A program made the position numbers and the translations under genes. From Aplysia californica (taxonomy: Eukaryota), in NCBI RefSeq assembly GCF_000002075.1, contig NW_004797283.1:2448170-2512169 (forward strand): DNA of 64,000 nt, given 5' to 3'. Under the pieces are notes generated by a model, which saw only the letters and a program-made list of their open reading frames with translations, had not been told where the DNA came from and did not search any database. Position 1 is the first letter of the stretch, and each line of letters starts with the position of its first letter. This document shows positions 39,147 to 53,631 of the stretch, piece after piece.

Positions 39147-42100
39147 TCATCGGTAACACAAATTCATCTTACTCTGTATAACATCCAGCTTGTAGATTGT
39201 AATTCGTCCAAAGAAGTCCATACTGCTGTTAAACACAATCTTCATCTTCTGTAGAGTCTGCTGGGTTGGAAGTTTAAACACCTGAATGCAGAAAGGAAAC
39301 ATCATCATTGACATCAAGTTTATCCCTTTCACGTAAATAATTTTTATGAAAATCAGCCAGAATATTTGTCCCATTATTATACAACATGAGTCTTAATTCA
39401 AATGAAAAACTAGACTCGTTTGAGCTTTGCTCTAAATTCTGGACAATATCAAGAAGTTTAAGAGTTTTATGGCGCTTGCAACACAAATAGGTCACAGGTC
39501 GTATAAGTGCCGAAGATTTGATGAGATACTACTAGAGAGTAACAGACAAAGACAAGAAGGGTAGATATATGATACGAAAGAAGGAACAACCACACCAAAG
39601 CACCCACCAACCACCCATATATCAAAAAGGATGTAAATGCAATCATACAATGACAGTATTGACATAGTATCATACAGTAGGTAAAGCTTAATGTGAATAC
39701 CCAACAATGAAAGTTTTAACATTTAACAGCCAGTGCCATTTTTTCATCAATTTTCCTCAACAGCTAGAATTAAATCTGTACTGCCACTAGCAATTCGCAT
39801 AAGTCTTTGTATCACTGACAATTTAGAATCTAAATCTGCTTTGTTGACCATGACAAAAAATCAACCATTAGCAACATTGGGGAAACAGTGAGATGAATGC
39901 AGAAAAGGCAAGTAGAGGGACTTGATTACCAATTTTGATTTGCAAAGTGACACGGATTCTAGGTCCACAGTTGTCGGTGATACAACACGATGTCTCTCAA
40001 AAAAGACATCTTCAAGTGTCAAATTCTATCAAAAAAAGGAAGAATTACCATTTTTAGTTTTAATTTGACCAATTTTATGGACGTGGATTTGGAGGCCTGA
40101 GCAGAAATGTGTATTTAATAGGTGAAAACAATATGCTCTGTGCTGTTCTGACGGAAGGGGGTAGACAGAGACGACATGGAGTGTGTTGTTTCGGCCGATA
40201 GGAGTCAAGTATGTCTTCATACGACAATTTGCTTTATCATTATTTCAAGGGCTACCCCAATCAGTGGCAGGTAAGCTTTCATTACTTACTAAACGTCACA
40301 TTTACATATCGCTGGTGGAGTGATGAAACCTCGTAACCCTCAATTTTTTCGAAAATCGTTTTTTTTGCCTTAATATCTTCTCCCAGTCCTTCTTCACATT
40401 GTGTCAAAAGCACTAGGTTAAATTATAAAGAGAAAGTATGAAAAAAACTTACTAAAAAAACCTCGTATGTTTGCCCCCATGATATCCTGGCGTGATGAAA
40501 CCTCGCAACCCTCACCTGGTGCGCTGATCTGCTTTTGCGTGGTTTCATCACTCCCGGTTTGAGAGAGTGACGTGCTTTTACGAGGTTCTGGATATGAATT
40601 GACTTAATGGAAGTGCTCATAATTGTCATTTTCTGGTGCATTTTATATGCCTGACTTAATAAAGAAAAGTTTAATTCATTCATACATTCATTCATTCATT
40701 CAATCTTTTATTTATCCATTTTATTTCAGTCAGTTCAGAAATTCAAATATGATCATAAGTGAAGGAGTTACATTACGTAAATCTATTTGAAATCCTGTTA
40801 TAGGGATGACTAACGCATTGGTAAACAAGATGTTCTTATAAAGCACAAACATTGTTAACACTTAATTTAACAACAGTCACACCTTGAAAAGACAGGTGAT
40901 AATAGTCCTTACCAAGAATAAGTGACAAGTCTATGCACTCTCCAAATGTCACCTGGACATTATGTTTATCAAAGAGAGGGTAAGGTTTCACCCCTTCTCA
41001 GACTATGAATCCGCTGATTAGTCGAATCCTTCAGTCGTGGTTGAGACCAAATAGTACTGAACTTACCCATGTTCTTCTTGACCCTGAAGTCTATAGAGGG
41101 CATTGCGACAAATTTGTGCCTCAACAATACAAGTGATATGGACATTTACGCATCTGTTTTGAATATCTCCCCCATCTGTGCTCGCATCACCTAGATCTTT
41201 ACACCATCCAAGGGCTGGTTTGGAAACCACTGAGCAGACCCCGTTCCATCAAATGACTCCAGCTACCATGTCGCAGTTCTTTCCAGGGATGTGTCTTATA
41301 TGTGGGGGCAAGGAAGTATCAGAATCATCACAGACTGAGTCAGCACCAACACCAGTGTCGCCTGGAATCACGCCCCAAACCATACTGACATTTCCCCAGG
41401 CAGCTGTAAGTCAGCAGCTGAATTATTACCTGCGAAGTCACAGCAACACGATCTGCAGACCACATTCCTAGGTCCATCTCACCTTCAGGCACCTTAGGCA
41501 CTTTTCCTGGAGCCTGATCCAAAAACACAGCTCATTTGGGATGCCAAAGAGGAAAAGAAAGGGTTTTCAGGAGTGGCGACAAATAAGCCAAGGCCATCCG
41601 TGGATCTGGTCAGGAATACCATAAAGATTTAATGAAAAGCCCAGCTACGTCACTGAAACCAAACTGTGATTGCAAGAGCTGAACTTTGAAATGTAAAGGG
41701 CAAACGGCTCTGGAGGAAGACAGACACATTAATTTTGATTCAGTGTAGTCCTCTCATGGGATGAAAAAAATGTCTCTTTATTGGACTAGTGGACATAGAC
41801 CAGCCTCAGAGGAGGTATTCAGAAACTAACCAGACAGGGCATACCTTCAAATTCACATATAAAATGGCGGTCATAAGGTGCCAGTGTATAAAAAGATGTT
41901 CCTGCATTCAACTGGATTGAGTGAATGATTTGTAAGAAACATTTAGAACCAATTATCAAAGGAACTCAGATATCTACATAATGTATGCACAATTCTGCCA
42001 AGACCACAGGAGGCAGACTCTCAACAGACACCCCCCCCCCCCCCCATCAATGAAACAATCAGGCAGAATAGCCTGTCTTGTTCATGCCAAAGAAAGATAT

Positions 42101-45100
42101 GTGAGACCTTTGCATTATCCCTGAAGGTGGCAACGTGCGGAGGATTTTTGGAATGCTCACATTCTAGAAAAGGGGCAGCGCGCAAGGAAATGGAACGAGA
42201 CAAATCTGAAGCCATCAAATATCTCGCCAGTGATGAACCTAAAATGGCGCATGTTTTCTATGGATCTTCAGCTTGTGCTCCTTACACTTACACCCAAACT
42301 GAATGCATCAGCCTTATATTACAAAACAAAGCGTGCCGTTCATAACTTTACGATATTTGAAGCTCCAACACATCAGGCTACTTGTTACGTGTGGCATGAA
42401 GCAGAAAGGGGAATTAGTAAGTAAGCTTGCTTCATGTCTACTGGCGTTTTTGAAGGAAAAGCTGTACTTCCAGAAAACCATCATCGACAGCGACCGCTGT
42501 GGTTACCAATACAGAAATGCCACACTAGCTAATGTCTCTCTCAGCCTGTTTGCAACAACATATGGTAGCACAATTGAACAGAAATGGTTGATCAAAGGAC
42601 ACACAAATATAAGTTGACTGTACACTCAACTATTGAAAGATCAGTTCGAAAAGCACGAATCGAGGTCGCCCTAAACTACATGTATCTCCATTTCTTCAGG
42701 ATGGCCAGAGAAAAACCAGACATTATTCTAAGTGAGGAAGTTACAAGTCTATCAGACCAGGCAGAAAAACGGGTCATCCTGTTGTCACCGACATCAGGTG
42801 TTTGAGGTACACCCCAGACATGAACATCCAGTTCAAGCTGCTTTTCAGTGATGAATGGGTTTACGTTCCGAAGGCAGAACACAGAAACATGACTTAAAAT
42901 CCAGCACTCCCAAGTACAACCCCCTTTACTAGCTTGAATCTGTTATTTCCAATATACGTCATCACTTTATGACAATTTACGCCGTTATCATTAATGGCTA
43001 TTCATAATGGGGGGGGGGGGGGGGGGTTCAGTCCCAGACATCGTACTGATCTTTTGGGGGGTTTTTTGTCTGCACATACGTTATGTATTTTCATAATTAA
43101 TCCAATTATTATTCATGACACACAACCTATTATTTGATTGATCTTCCATTCGTTTTTCGAAGCATTTNNNNNNNNNNNNNNNNNNNNNNNNNNNNNNNNN
43201 NNNNNNNNNNNNNNNNNNNNNNNNNNNNNNNNNNNNNNNNNNNNNNNNNNNNNNNNNNNNNNNNNNNNNNNNNNNNNNNNNNNNNNNNNNNNNNNNNNNN
43301 NNNNNNNNNNNNNNATAAATTTAGTAATGGACTGACACAGTAAAACTTTGAAAATCATGTCTATATTTTGATCTAGATCTATTTCTTACCATTGTAAAAG
43401 CCATCTGCAGTGCAACCAGAGACCATATTGCAGAGATATACTATTCATTTGTGCCTTTTTGTAAAATGGAAGTAACCAGATCTAATCCTGGAAAATTATA
43501 TTGAAACAGATTGCACAAATCGCTGATCCATTTGAGGTTTCAAACCCAAATTCTGCCGATAACACACATTTATTTGACTTCAGTTGGCCGGGAATCTAAC
43601 TCTAAACTAATTGGTCTTGAAGAAACATCTTCATCACTTTGTTGCGTTCCAAACTACAAATGCATACTGCAACCAAATGAGCTGCGAGAAAACTCGCAAA
43701 CCTCAAACTCTGTCCTGATGAAACCTCGCAACCCTCCCGCCGGCTGATTACGAGGTTTCATCACGACAAAAATGTTGTAATGAAACCTTGCATCCCACAG
43801 CATAACCATTTAAAGAATAGAAAAGGGGATTTCTTTGGTCTAACCAAGTTTCAAAGGTGTTTTCATTTATCTGTACCAACTTTGGTTCATATAGATCTTT
43901 TTGTTCACGAATAAATCAGTTTTTTGTCTCTCCTGTAAAATTTTCCTTTCTGGGGTTGCGAGGTTTCATCACTCCACCAGCGATATACTTGTGGAAGGAA
44001 GCATATAAAAAAACTTTCACATCACCGTTGACGAGATCTTTACAAAACAAAAACGTTGAGAAAACAAACAAAATTCACTGTACCCACAAACTTGTAACAT
44101 GTCCTTATCCATTTAATAAAGACTTAGACCTTGAAAGTGATTGGCCAGTCAAGACTTTCATTGGTGGCAGCAGCCGTTAGTGTCAAAAGATATAAAAATG
44201 TGAACTATAGGTATTTTAGTGTTAGAGATGAAAATGTGACCTTGAACCTTTTTCTGGTGATTTTATAAAAGATAAATGGTCTTGCATGCACACAGCAGAA
44301 TCAGTGTGATACAGAAATATTTTTGTAATGTTCAAATTTTATTATGTTTAGTTTTAGTTTTTTACATTCAAAGATATATATCGCTAGCCGCGTGATTCAA
44401 CCGCCTAAGTGACAAAATTTTCAAAAATCACTTTTTGATCCCTTCATGCAGTACAACCTTTGATACACCTTATGTTAAAATCCCAAGTTTGAAAGATTGC
44501 TGCAAAGGGTTTCAAGCCTTCAGTAAATCACCAGTCCTCAATTTCCACATGATTCAACCACCCAATTGCCAGTTTTACAGCCCGGTGGCAAATGGGCGGT
44601 TCAATCACGCAGATTCAGTGGCTTGTTGAGGTGTTCATCTATCCCGTAGGCGGCGTGACTGTGGCCTTTGTCAAAACAGATTGGACGGTAACATCAAAAC
44701 AAAGAGCTGCCTTTGCTAACTTCGACTCAGATCGAACGCTATCAATAGGCAGAAGATTCTGTCAAGGCAGTTTGAGTAATCTATTAATAGGATTGGTAGT
44801 ATAGTTGAGAAAGGGCAAGATGGCATCAAAGAATATGTTAATACTGACTTGACCAAGTCGGAAAATTGTTGCAAAAGCTACTGACGAATGAATTTTGTAA
44901 AAAGTTTACGATTGATAGCTAACGGGCGCTTATTTCACATTCCATACAACTATTGGAAAATATTTTTATCGCGACTTTACGCGTTTCTTACTTTAAGTGT
45001 GCGCCCTTTGCTGTGTCTGTCGTCGTGTACAATTCCTCAATCATTGATTAATTAATTAGTGCCGGGTAGATGATACTTAATTTGTCACCCGCAAAAAGGC

Positions 45101-48100
45101 TACTCATAAACATATTCTCTCTTCAACAAACATTCTACCTATCAAAACAATGAGTTTGTAAACAACTGCCCTAACACAGTGGTTATTCATGACTGTTGCA
45201 AAGACAGTTTACATGACTTGGGGGTGGGAGCTCCACGATTGTCAAAAGTACCAGAGAGCAGAAGAGGTGATAACTAATTCTTCAACAAACCTAATGACAT
45301 TGCTTTCCCATTACTACAGACAGAATACAGGCAAAATTTATCTTTACTAAAACTTTCAAAGCCTCAGAGGACTTTATAGAGAATACCAAAGAAAACCGAA
45401 TGAGTCACACATTGTCCCAGACGACTTTAGAGAGATAATAAAAAAAAGCAACCTGCTGTTGTATGTATGTCGGAAGGATCAATGCCATGTACACAAGGTA
45501 GGAGAAAGAATCTAACATGAAACTTGCACAAAACACAGTGTATTGGACCAGATTATGTCTAGTGTGCATACACTTGGAAGCGGATTTGTTGTTAGTACGG
45601 CGTTGAACGCATCTGCTACACTATATCATGACAGGACCGAATTGGCTGTCTATATTTTTATAAGATTTGGTAACCAAAGATGTGAAGTGCCAAGTTTGGC
45701 ACGAAGGAGAAGGACCATTGATTGCCAGTGAATTCAGTTACTGAAGGAGCCTACTGACAATAAATATGTCACTTTCATCATATACAGAGGTGGAGGTACT
45801 TATCAAACCCCAACGCTATGTTGCCAAATGCAATCGGCGACATTAAAAATTAGTACCAGATAGGACAAAACTGTTGAACACAAATACCTTGAAAAAGAAC
45901 ACACGCAAATGGAAGAGGACAGACCACACAGTGCAATCAAAAGGTCCCTGAAAAATGGTATGGTCTATGTGCATGGATAATAACGTTTTTAAGAAAGTAA
46001 GACAATATCAGCCCCCCCCCCCCCCCCCTTCCACCCTTTTTGATGCTCAATTTCAGGACCATTCAGACCTGGCTGAAACAAAAATGACCCCGTAGCCACA
46101 AACGTTTGTTGCCTTTGATACACACTGAACAATAACATCCAGTACAAATTGAACATTAAGATGAACGGTCTTTTTTCCAACTCCATGAGGCCAAAAACAG
46201 TCCTGCCCCAGAAGACCCAACCAAATAACAGAAATAATTACTCTCTACTTTATAATTACTCTTACATTTATTTTGCTTTTGTCGATAACTCAAATGGCCT
46301 TGATTATAGTGATTCAAACGCCTAGGCGCCGTCATACTATCACTTAGGCGGTTGAATCACGCAGATTTTGGTAGGTTTTAACCGCCTATGTCCAGTAACT
46401 TATGAAAGAAAGCTTTTTTTTTCAAAGTTGGTTAGAGACCATAATCTGAATTTCGAATTTATAGGTACGAGCATAATGAAATAAAACAGTTTTTTGCTTC
46501 TCCTGAAAAATTTGTCTCTTGGCACTTAGACGGCGTTGAATCCCGCGGCTAGCGATACGTAAGAAAAAAAGCGGGACCTGAAAACTACAGTATAACACAG
46601 ATAGCATGAATTCATCGGGACCGGCCTCGGAAGTACGAGGGATCCATAGTTCGAAGTATACGTGAACAGCGTTACGGCATCAGCCGTGTCAGAGAATCAA
46701 AGGAAGCAACAAAGATTGGGTTGGAACAGAGATTTTTCTTTTTTAGGCCATTGTCCAAGATCAGATAGGTTAGACCTATGCCTATTGACTTGAATTTGAA
46801 ATCTGAGAGAATTTGAAATTGATAGATTGAGAATGAGAAATACGATGAGCAATGCTTTCGAGTTCCATCGATAATAAGCCTACCTGCACCAAGACAGTAT
46901 AATTGCACAGGTCAGTGTGAGCGGTCTTTAATTAATTAGCACTAAATCAAAGTGCTTTTTCAAATTTTTCAAAACACAAACATTTTGTCAAGATAAGCAT
47001 ATCGCAACAGTGAATCAGCAACGCGATGATGAAACAATGCAGCCCTACCTCGCCTCTCCCACCAAGCACATCGTCCTTTGCAAAGAGGGGTGGGGCAGCT
47101 GATCATGTAATGCACAACCCCTCCTCTCGCCCACTCCACACAAGCCTAGCTAGGCATGGGACCTAGGCATGGGCAGAGGACAGACATGTCAAGAAGCGGG
47201 CTAAAAATAGCACAGCTAACTGCTTCGGTGGAGAGGGGGGGGAAGGTGGTATTTTACCGACCTTCCTTTTTTTCTGTTTTTACTATTATTATTTTGTCTC
47301 AAGTGCACCTCAAAGGACATTGACATTAGACCTCTACGGCAGCGTAATTAGTTCACCTATTCCATGTTTGTGTTTGAGCTTCGCGTAATTTTCTTGCAAA
47401 GATAAAGAAGTATAAAAAAAAAAAAAAGAGACCGCAGGCACAGTTCAACAGATGCACGATTTCGAGTCTTTTGTGTTCAACCTATCCGGGTTATAGTACT
47501 GTAGTTTGCTTTGGGCATGTTTGGTAAGTGTGCAAGACTAAAAGGGGGAGAAAAATTAGATAATAATAGTCACCTGCGAAGGATTGATATTTTCAGGGTA
47601 AAAATTATGGATCTTTTGGAGATCTTCCCCCTGACAAGCAGCCTCAATCCAACATTCTTTGCCAGAGAATCCACCTTGGAACTGGACGTGAATTTCGCTG
47701 ACGCTGACCTCCTCTTCAAATTCTAGTAGAATCCACTGGGGACTACCCTGAAGAAGAAGGTAAAACAATTATTCAATGTAAGCCAAGACCCCACTTGTAC
47801 TTTCTCTTTTAAATGGATAAACAAGAACACGAAAAGGTAAATTCTCATTACATAAAAAAAAATTTTTTGTGTGAGCATAGAAAGAAAGCAAAAACTGAGC
47901 AAGCTGTGACTGCAGGTGCAAATTTCCTTCCTTCCCCCACCACACACACTTAGTATGTAAACAACACTGTCCAGGTTATTTTATATTAATTAATATTTTA
48001 TGATAACACATATTACTAATTAGACAGAGTCAACAGGTAACTACTTTTTATAGAGCAAACAAAAGTTACCACTCAAATGAATGAATAGAAACAATTTGAT

Positions 48101-51100
48101 TCCATGAAACTATGTGATCAATTTGATTTACTTTTTTGATATTTCATTTTCAAAATATAAAAAGGTAAATGTGCCCAGACATAATCGTACCTGATCAGAA
48201 TTCCAACACGTTTCGTCATCACCATCAAATAAAAACTGCTTCCCAAACTGCTTTACATCTCTGTTGAGAACAGAACTTACTCTGTGGGGGAAAATAAAAG
48301 AAAAGGTCAAAAGCTAAAAAGAACTACTGTGAGTGCTCAGTCAGCATGAGTGAAACGGTTTTTGTTTACTGTGCTAAAGCTGCCTTGATTTGAATTTAAC
48401 ATTGAAGTATCAGCCTCTAAGTAATACAACCTTCGACTATTGTAATTCTTCTTTCCCATTCCTAAACATCCTCAAGTAGCCTTTTTCTGAGGTAAAGTAG
48501 ACCCAGTATCTCATTATATATTATAAGTGTTATACCCTCTCTGATAAGCTGCTCACATCATAACTTACAATAAATGAGAGAATCCCTTTACTGGTCAGGT
48601 CATTCTGATCTAATTTTCTCAACACCATGGTGGACATAGAGCTGAAACTGTCCAAGACGACCAACCACTGTCTAGAAGATAATCGGTCATCTTATTAGAC
48701 AAGGAGTTCTCTCAGACTGTGTCACTATCATCGTCATCATAATCAAGTGCCATAATATCTGCGGAAGGCGATCATGGTTCTCCATTCATTCTTTTGCTCG
48801 GATGCTCTTAAAAAAAGCTACATTACCCTTATCTTTCCCCGTTACCCCCATCTTTTTAGGTGCTCCAAGTACGATGCTCTGGGCCAGCCCCTGTCTCGTT
48901 TTCCTTCAATTTTGCCAGTGAGAGCTAGTTGTTCAAGTTCAAGCCTTTTATGTCTATTCAGGTGTCCCAAAAACAGCATACGTTTTTTCCTAATTGTTTT
49001 TATCAATAGCACAAAAAATGTAAGATTACAGTTTCCTTGCACACTCAAGCTTTAGAAGTCAGAAAAACGTTGGCAGACATTTTCTCGATAATTTTACCTC
49101 TCAACCACACGTACCAGACAACCCTAAGCGTAAATCGCAGGTATATATCTTGACTTCTATTCAAGACAGACAAGTATTTTTTCAACCAAAGCAAGGCAAA
49201 GGAACAGACTTAAAATCATATAGATTATTTTAAAATAACTCCTAGTGGTGATGCGTCTATTGTCTATATAATCAGATAATCACCTGTTATATAGGGCATG
49301 AGGTGGGCTACCCAGGAAGCGAGATGGATAAAGGGCATAGTATAGACCCTGACCCTCTTTAATGGAAAATTTCAGTGTTCTTTATAGAGTCAAACCTGTG
49401 TAAAACGGCCATCCATTGTCAAGGAGAAAGTGGCCATATAACACAGGTGGCCGTCTTAGGCAGGACTGGTCAAAATGAAGAAAGCAGATCATACTCTTCT
49501 GAGGTCTAAACAGGGGCTGATCTCAGACTTTAGACTGCCATAATAAGACTAATTCAAAAGGATTTTTGTTTTCTTATGAAAAAGGGGGGGGGGGGGGGGT
49601 GGTGTAAGACATTTTTTTTGTGTTTCTGTTTTGTTGGTTTGTTTTTTGGTACGGAGTGTCTACGTACACGGTAACCGGGCACCTTGTCTCAATATCTACG
49701 TACACGGTAACCAGGCACCTAGTCTCACCTGGTCTCAGTATCTACGTACACGGTAACCGGGCACCTAGTCTCAGTATCTACCTACACGATAAACCGGAAA
49801 TAAATCAATATTTTGTGGTGTGCTGAAAAAATAAGAAAGTCATAAAAGCGTCTTGTCGGGCTCGCCATTGTGACCGGTCAGTGCACCTGTGCGTGCGCAT
49901 CACATTGTGAGTACCAGTTGGGGGTCACCCAAGTTTATTGAAAGCCTGCGCACAGCGAAGTATAGGGCTCCGGAATGGGGGGGGATTATTGATTTTTTTA
50001 AAGGTACAGTCGGGGGAGGGGTGGGGATGAAGGCAACACTGGATTATAACAAAAACTGAACTTGGGAGTTCTGAACTGCCCGGTTACTGTGTACGTGACA
50101 CTGAGACTACGTGCCTGGTTGCCAGTTACCGTGTACGTACATCCTCCGTATTTGGTAAGCTTTCTTTTTGTTGCTGATTTTGTGCAAGGGTAAAATAAAC
50201 GGAATATTCATGTAAGGAAGACGATGAAGACCGAGTGCCATGGTAAAACAAAAACACGGGTTGGTACCACTCGGAGTACGAGCGCCGCTTCTCTCGCAAG
50301 TTCATGTCAACGTCCAGTGTTATTTGTTACAGATTAGGTAAACAAAAATGAAACTGGACCATATAGGCTGACCTTCTCACTCTGGTCAGGAAATGCAAAC
50401 TGGGATGTGTATGGACACATCACCTGTTCATCCGGCCTTGCCAAGATGATCCTGCAAGGCAGCGTCTAGGGGAAAAAGAACAGAGGCAGACCTAAGATTT
50501 GATATTTTACAGTTCGGAGTGTCTTCGTACACGGTAACCGGGCACCTAGCCTCAGTGTCTACGTACACGGTAACCGGCAACCGGGCACGTAGTCTCAATT
50601 TCATGTACACTGTAACCGGCAACCGGGCATGTAGTCTCAGTGTCACCAGAGACTATATAATTAAATACTCTCTGGGGTCACGTACACGGTAACCGGGCAG
50701 TTCGCAGAACTCCAAGTTCAGTTTCTGTCATACGGTGTTGCCTTCATCCCCACCCCTCCCCCGACTGTACCTTTTAAAACCATCCTGCAAGGCAGCATCC
50801 AGGGGAAAAGGAACGGAGGCAGACCTAAGATTCAATATTTTACAGTTCAGAGTGTCTCCGTACACGGTAACCGGCAACCGGGCACGTAGTCTCAGTTTCA
50901 CGTACACGGTAACCGGGCATGTAGCCTCAATATCTACATACACGGTAACCGGCAACCGGGCATGTAGTCTCAGTGTCACCAGAGACTATATAATTAAATA
51001 CTCTCTGGTGTCACGTACACGGTAAACGGGCAGTTCGCAGAACTCCAAGTTCAGTTTCTGTCATACGGTGTTGCCTTCATCCCCACCCCTCCCCCGACTG

Positions 51101-53040
51101 TACCTTTTAAAACCATCCTGCAAGGCAGCATCCAGGGGAAAAGGAACGGAGGCAGACCTAAGATTCAATATTTTACAGTTCAGAGTGTCTCCGTACACGG
51201 TAACCGGCAACCGGGCACGTAGTCTCAGTTTCACGTACACGGTAACCGGGCATGTAGCCTCAATATCTACATACACGGTAACCGGCAACCGGGCATGTAG
51301 TCTCAGTGTCACCAGAGACTATATAATTAAATACTCTCTGGTGTCACGTACACGGTAAACGGGCAGTTCGCAGAACTCCAAGTTCAGTTTCTGTCATACG
51401 GTGTTGCCTTCATCCCCACCCCTCCCCCGACTGTACCTTTTAAAAAATTAATAATTCNNNNNNNNNNNNNNNNNNNNNNNNNNNNNNNNNNNNNNNNNNN
51501 NNNNNNNNNNNNNNNNNNNNNNNNNNNNNNNNNNNNNNNNNNNNNNNNNNNNNNNNNCCCCCCCCCCCCCCCCCCATACTCCGCAGCGCACAGATTTCAA
51601 ATGTACTTTGGTGAGCCCAACCGGTACTCACAATGTGATGCACACGCACAGGTTCACTGACCTGTCACGATGGCGAGCCCAACAAGACACTTGTATGACT
51701 TTCTTTGTTTTTCAGCAAGTGACAGTACAGGACAAATATTGATATATATATTTCCATTCCCGTTACCTTGTACGTAGATACTGAGACTATGTACCCGGTT
51801 ACCGTGTACGTAGAAGCTGAGACTAGGTGCCCGGTTACCGTGTACGTAGATATCAAGCGCCATTTGCCGATCAGCGCGATCTTAAGATGGCGCAGAACCA
51901 TATATGACGATCCCCAGAAAGCACGGCCATCTCGAGATGGGCGCGCCATCTACGGATTATTTCCGAAAATGAACAGAGCTGCGCGATCTTAAGATTGAGC
52001 AAAGCAAGCAAAAATTGTGCCATCTGCCGATCGCGTGGAAACACACACAAACAACAGGAGACTGAAAAATAATGTGGCAACCCTGAATGAAAGGGGAAAG
52101 CAAAGCATTTAGAATCGAAACGCAAAAAGTCAAAAGAGAAAGGCTGTATATGGGCAAGTGATACTTGCGTCCTCTAGATCTAGAACCTTTTTTTTAAATT
52201 TTGAAATTAATGATAATAAATTCTGCGGAGTTTGGTTTGCGAACTTTGCAAAATCGTTTGTTTGTGTGTGATGGCGCGTCGCGCCCATCTTGAGATGGCT
52301 GCGCTTTCTGCGGATCGTCATATGGTTCTGCGCCATCTTAAGATCGCGCTGATCGGCAAATAATGGCGCTTGACATAGACACTCCGTTTACAGTTAGGTT
52401 TGAAATTTTCTTTAAAATAATTGATTTGCGACAGTTTTAGTGGCCTGTATGTGTGATCTGCAGCAAACAATGACAATACACCTGCAGTTTGACCCCCGAA
52501 GCAGTAACATCTGTGTGCCGGAGTGAGAGTAAAAATAGTAGGCTGGCCAACAGTGCAGACTAGATCTAGAGACAAACATACGGAAGGCCATGCTGCTGCT
52601 GAGGCCGAGGACAGGAGTAGATCTACGTGTGACATAGAGTCTAAGTCTAAGCCTAGACGATAAGCTGAGGCTGAGGCAGGTTCCAAAATCATGACACCCC
52701 ATGCATATTCTGATTATTCATTAAATTCATTATCATGGCATGTGTCGAGATCTAGATCTAAGTCAGACTAAGTCAAAGTCAAGACAAGTTGAAGGTAACC
52801 CAGATCCCTGTCTTGAGGAATGAACTATCTAGCTAGATCTAGATCTAGATCTAGTGTAGATCTAGATTTATATCTAGATCTATATCTAATCTAGATCTAT
52901 ATCTAGATCTATATCTAGAATCTAGTCTACCTTAACTTAAGTAAGTGCCTTAACTACCTAGATCTAGATCTAGTCTATAATGTCTTGGAGTGCAATTACC
53001 TTGTTCGAGAAATTTTATCTGTAATACTTGTTGATCCCAT
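39147..53040 (-). CDS. NR2C2AP: Nuclear receptor 2C2-associated protein (TRA16) homolog; exons 53040-53000, 48281-48191, 47747-47574, 39281-39147; 146 aa
   Basis: MGSTSITDKISRTR|VSSVLNRDVKQFGKQFLFDGDDETCWNSDQ|GSPQWILLEF...FQGGFSGKEC...FYPENINPSQ|VFKLP...KIVFNSSMDFFGRITIYKLDV. It carries the family signatures RVSSVLNR, ETCWNSDQG, FQGGF and DFFGRI, with all GT-AG phases consistent. Confidence 0.93.
40310..43982 (+). mobile_element. Sola1-type DNA transposon with decayed transposase (~41850-42900)
   Basis: TIRs CGCTGGTGGAGTGATGAAACCTCG.AACCC, ATAT TSD on both sides (AWWT), internal TGATGAAACCTCG repeats. Transposase motifs DLQ.VL...LYYKTK..VHNFTI, WHE, SD.CGYQ.RN, QKWLIKGHT and HSTIER. Confidence 0.85.
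44382..46554 (+). mobile_element. Second, distinct Sola1-type element (internally deleted)
   Basis: TIRs CGCTAGCCGCGTGATTCAACCGCCTAAGTG / CACTTAGACGGCGTTGAATCCCGCGGCTAGCG, flanks ATAT/ATAC. Remnant EHKYLEKEHTQMEEDRPHSAIKRSLKN at ~45875-45955. Confidence 0.78.
48750..49030 (-). mobile_element. RTE-clade LINE 3' fragment
   Basis: ORF 48842..49048 reads KTIRKKRMLFLGHLNR...LEQLALTGKIEGKRDRGWPRASYLEHL, followed in another frame by EWRTMIA. Confidence 0.8.
49651..52387. mobile_element. Foldback-like element built from TACGTACACGGTAACCGGGCA units, with ~500-bp inverted arms and an internal 333-bp tandem repeat
   Basis: 49655-50140 is the reverse complement of ~51300-51850. Near-identical 333-bp period (ORFs 50728/51061 and 50735/51068). 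Confidence 0.7.
51854..52372. mobile_element. Palindromic MITE (possibly MULE-type) nested in the right arm of the foldback element
   Basis: ~95-bp TIRs CAAGCGCCATT..TGCCGATCAGCGCGATCTTAAGATGGCGCAGAACCATAT...; imperfect 10-bp flanking duplication ACGTAGATAT/ACATAGACAC. Confidence 0.75.
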
Positions 53041-53631
53041 TTAAATACAGTTAGATCTAGATTCTAGATCTAGATCTAGACTCTAGTGTCAATTCAGATA
53101 GATCTATAATCTATAATCTAGAGTGAGTACGAATGAGGAGAGTGCGAGTGCAATGTGCGTGCATTCGTGCATCACAACAGCTGCGAACAGGACACTTTTT
53201 TCGATCTTCAGTACAGAAGAACACAACATTAGCTTCAAGAAAAATAATACTGATGTCGTACTAACTCATAACAGAGACTCTATATTTTAGTGTCTCTGCT
53301 CATAATCAACCAAAGAGGGAAGGAGGTTATAATCAGTTTTATAGATTAGATCTAACCTATTTGCAAATGAAGTCAAAGTCTTGAATCCAAGTAAATCGTG
53401 CTATATTTTTCTTCTCATAGCCTAAACATTGTTTCGGGCCTTGATCCGCTAGGTGATTGCGACAACTGGAAAAGGGACGATCAAAATCAATCAAAGGACG
53501 AAGGAAGACGAAAATCAACCTCGGAAAAGCGAAAACGAAAGTAGGGCCTTGCTGTAGGCTTTGCTTTGTGTAAACTGTAAACGTTTGGTCTTTCACCTTG
53601 GACCACTTTTATGACGTAGAGTTCAGTACAG
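53041..53631. promoter_or_regulatory. Putative bidirectional promoter between NR2C2AP and the C15orf40 homolog
   Basis: Divergent start codons at 53040 (-) and 53632 (+) are 591 bp apart, with TAGATC arrays on both sides. Confidence 0.7.
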
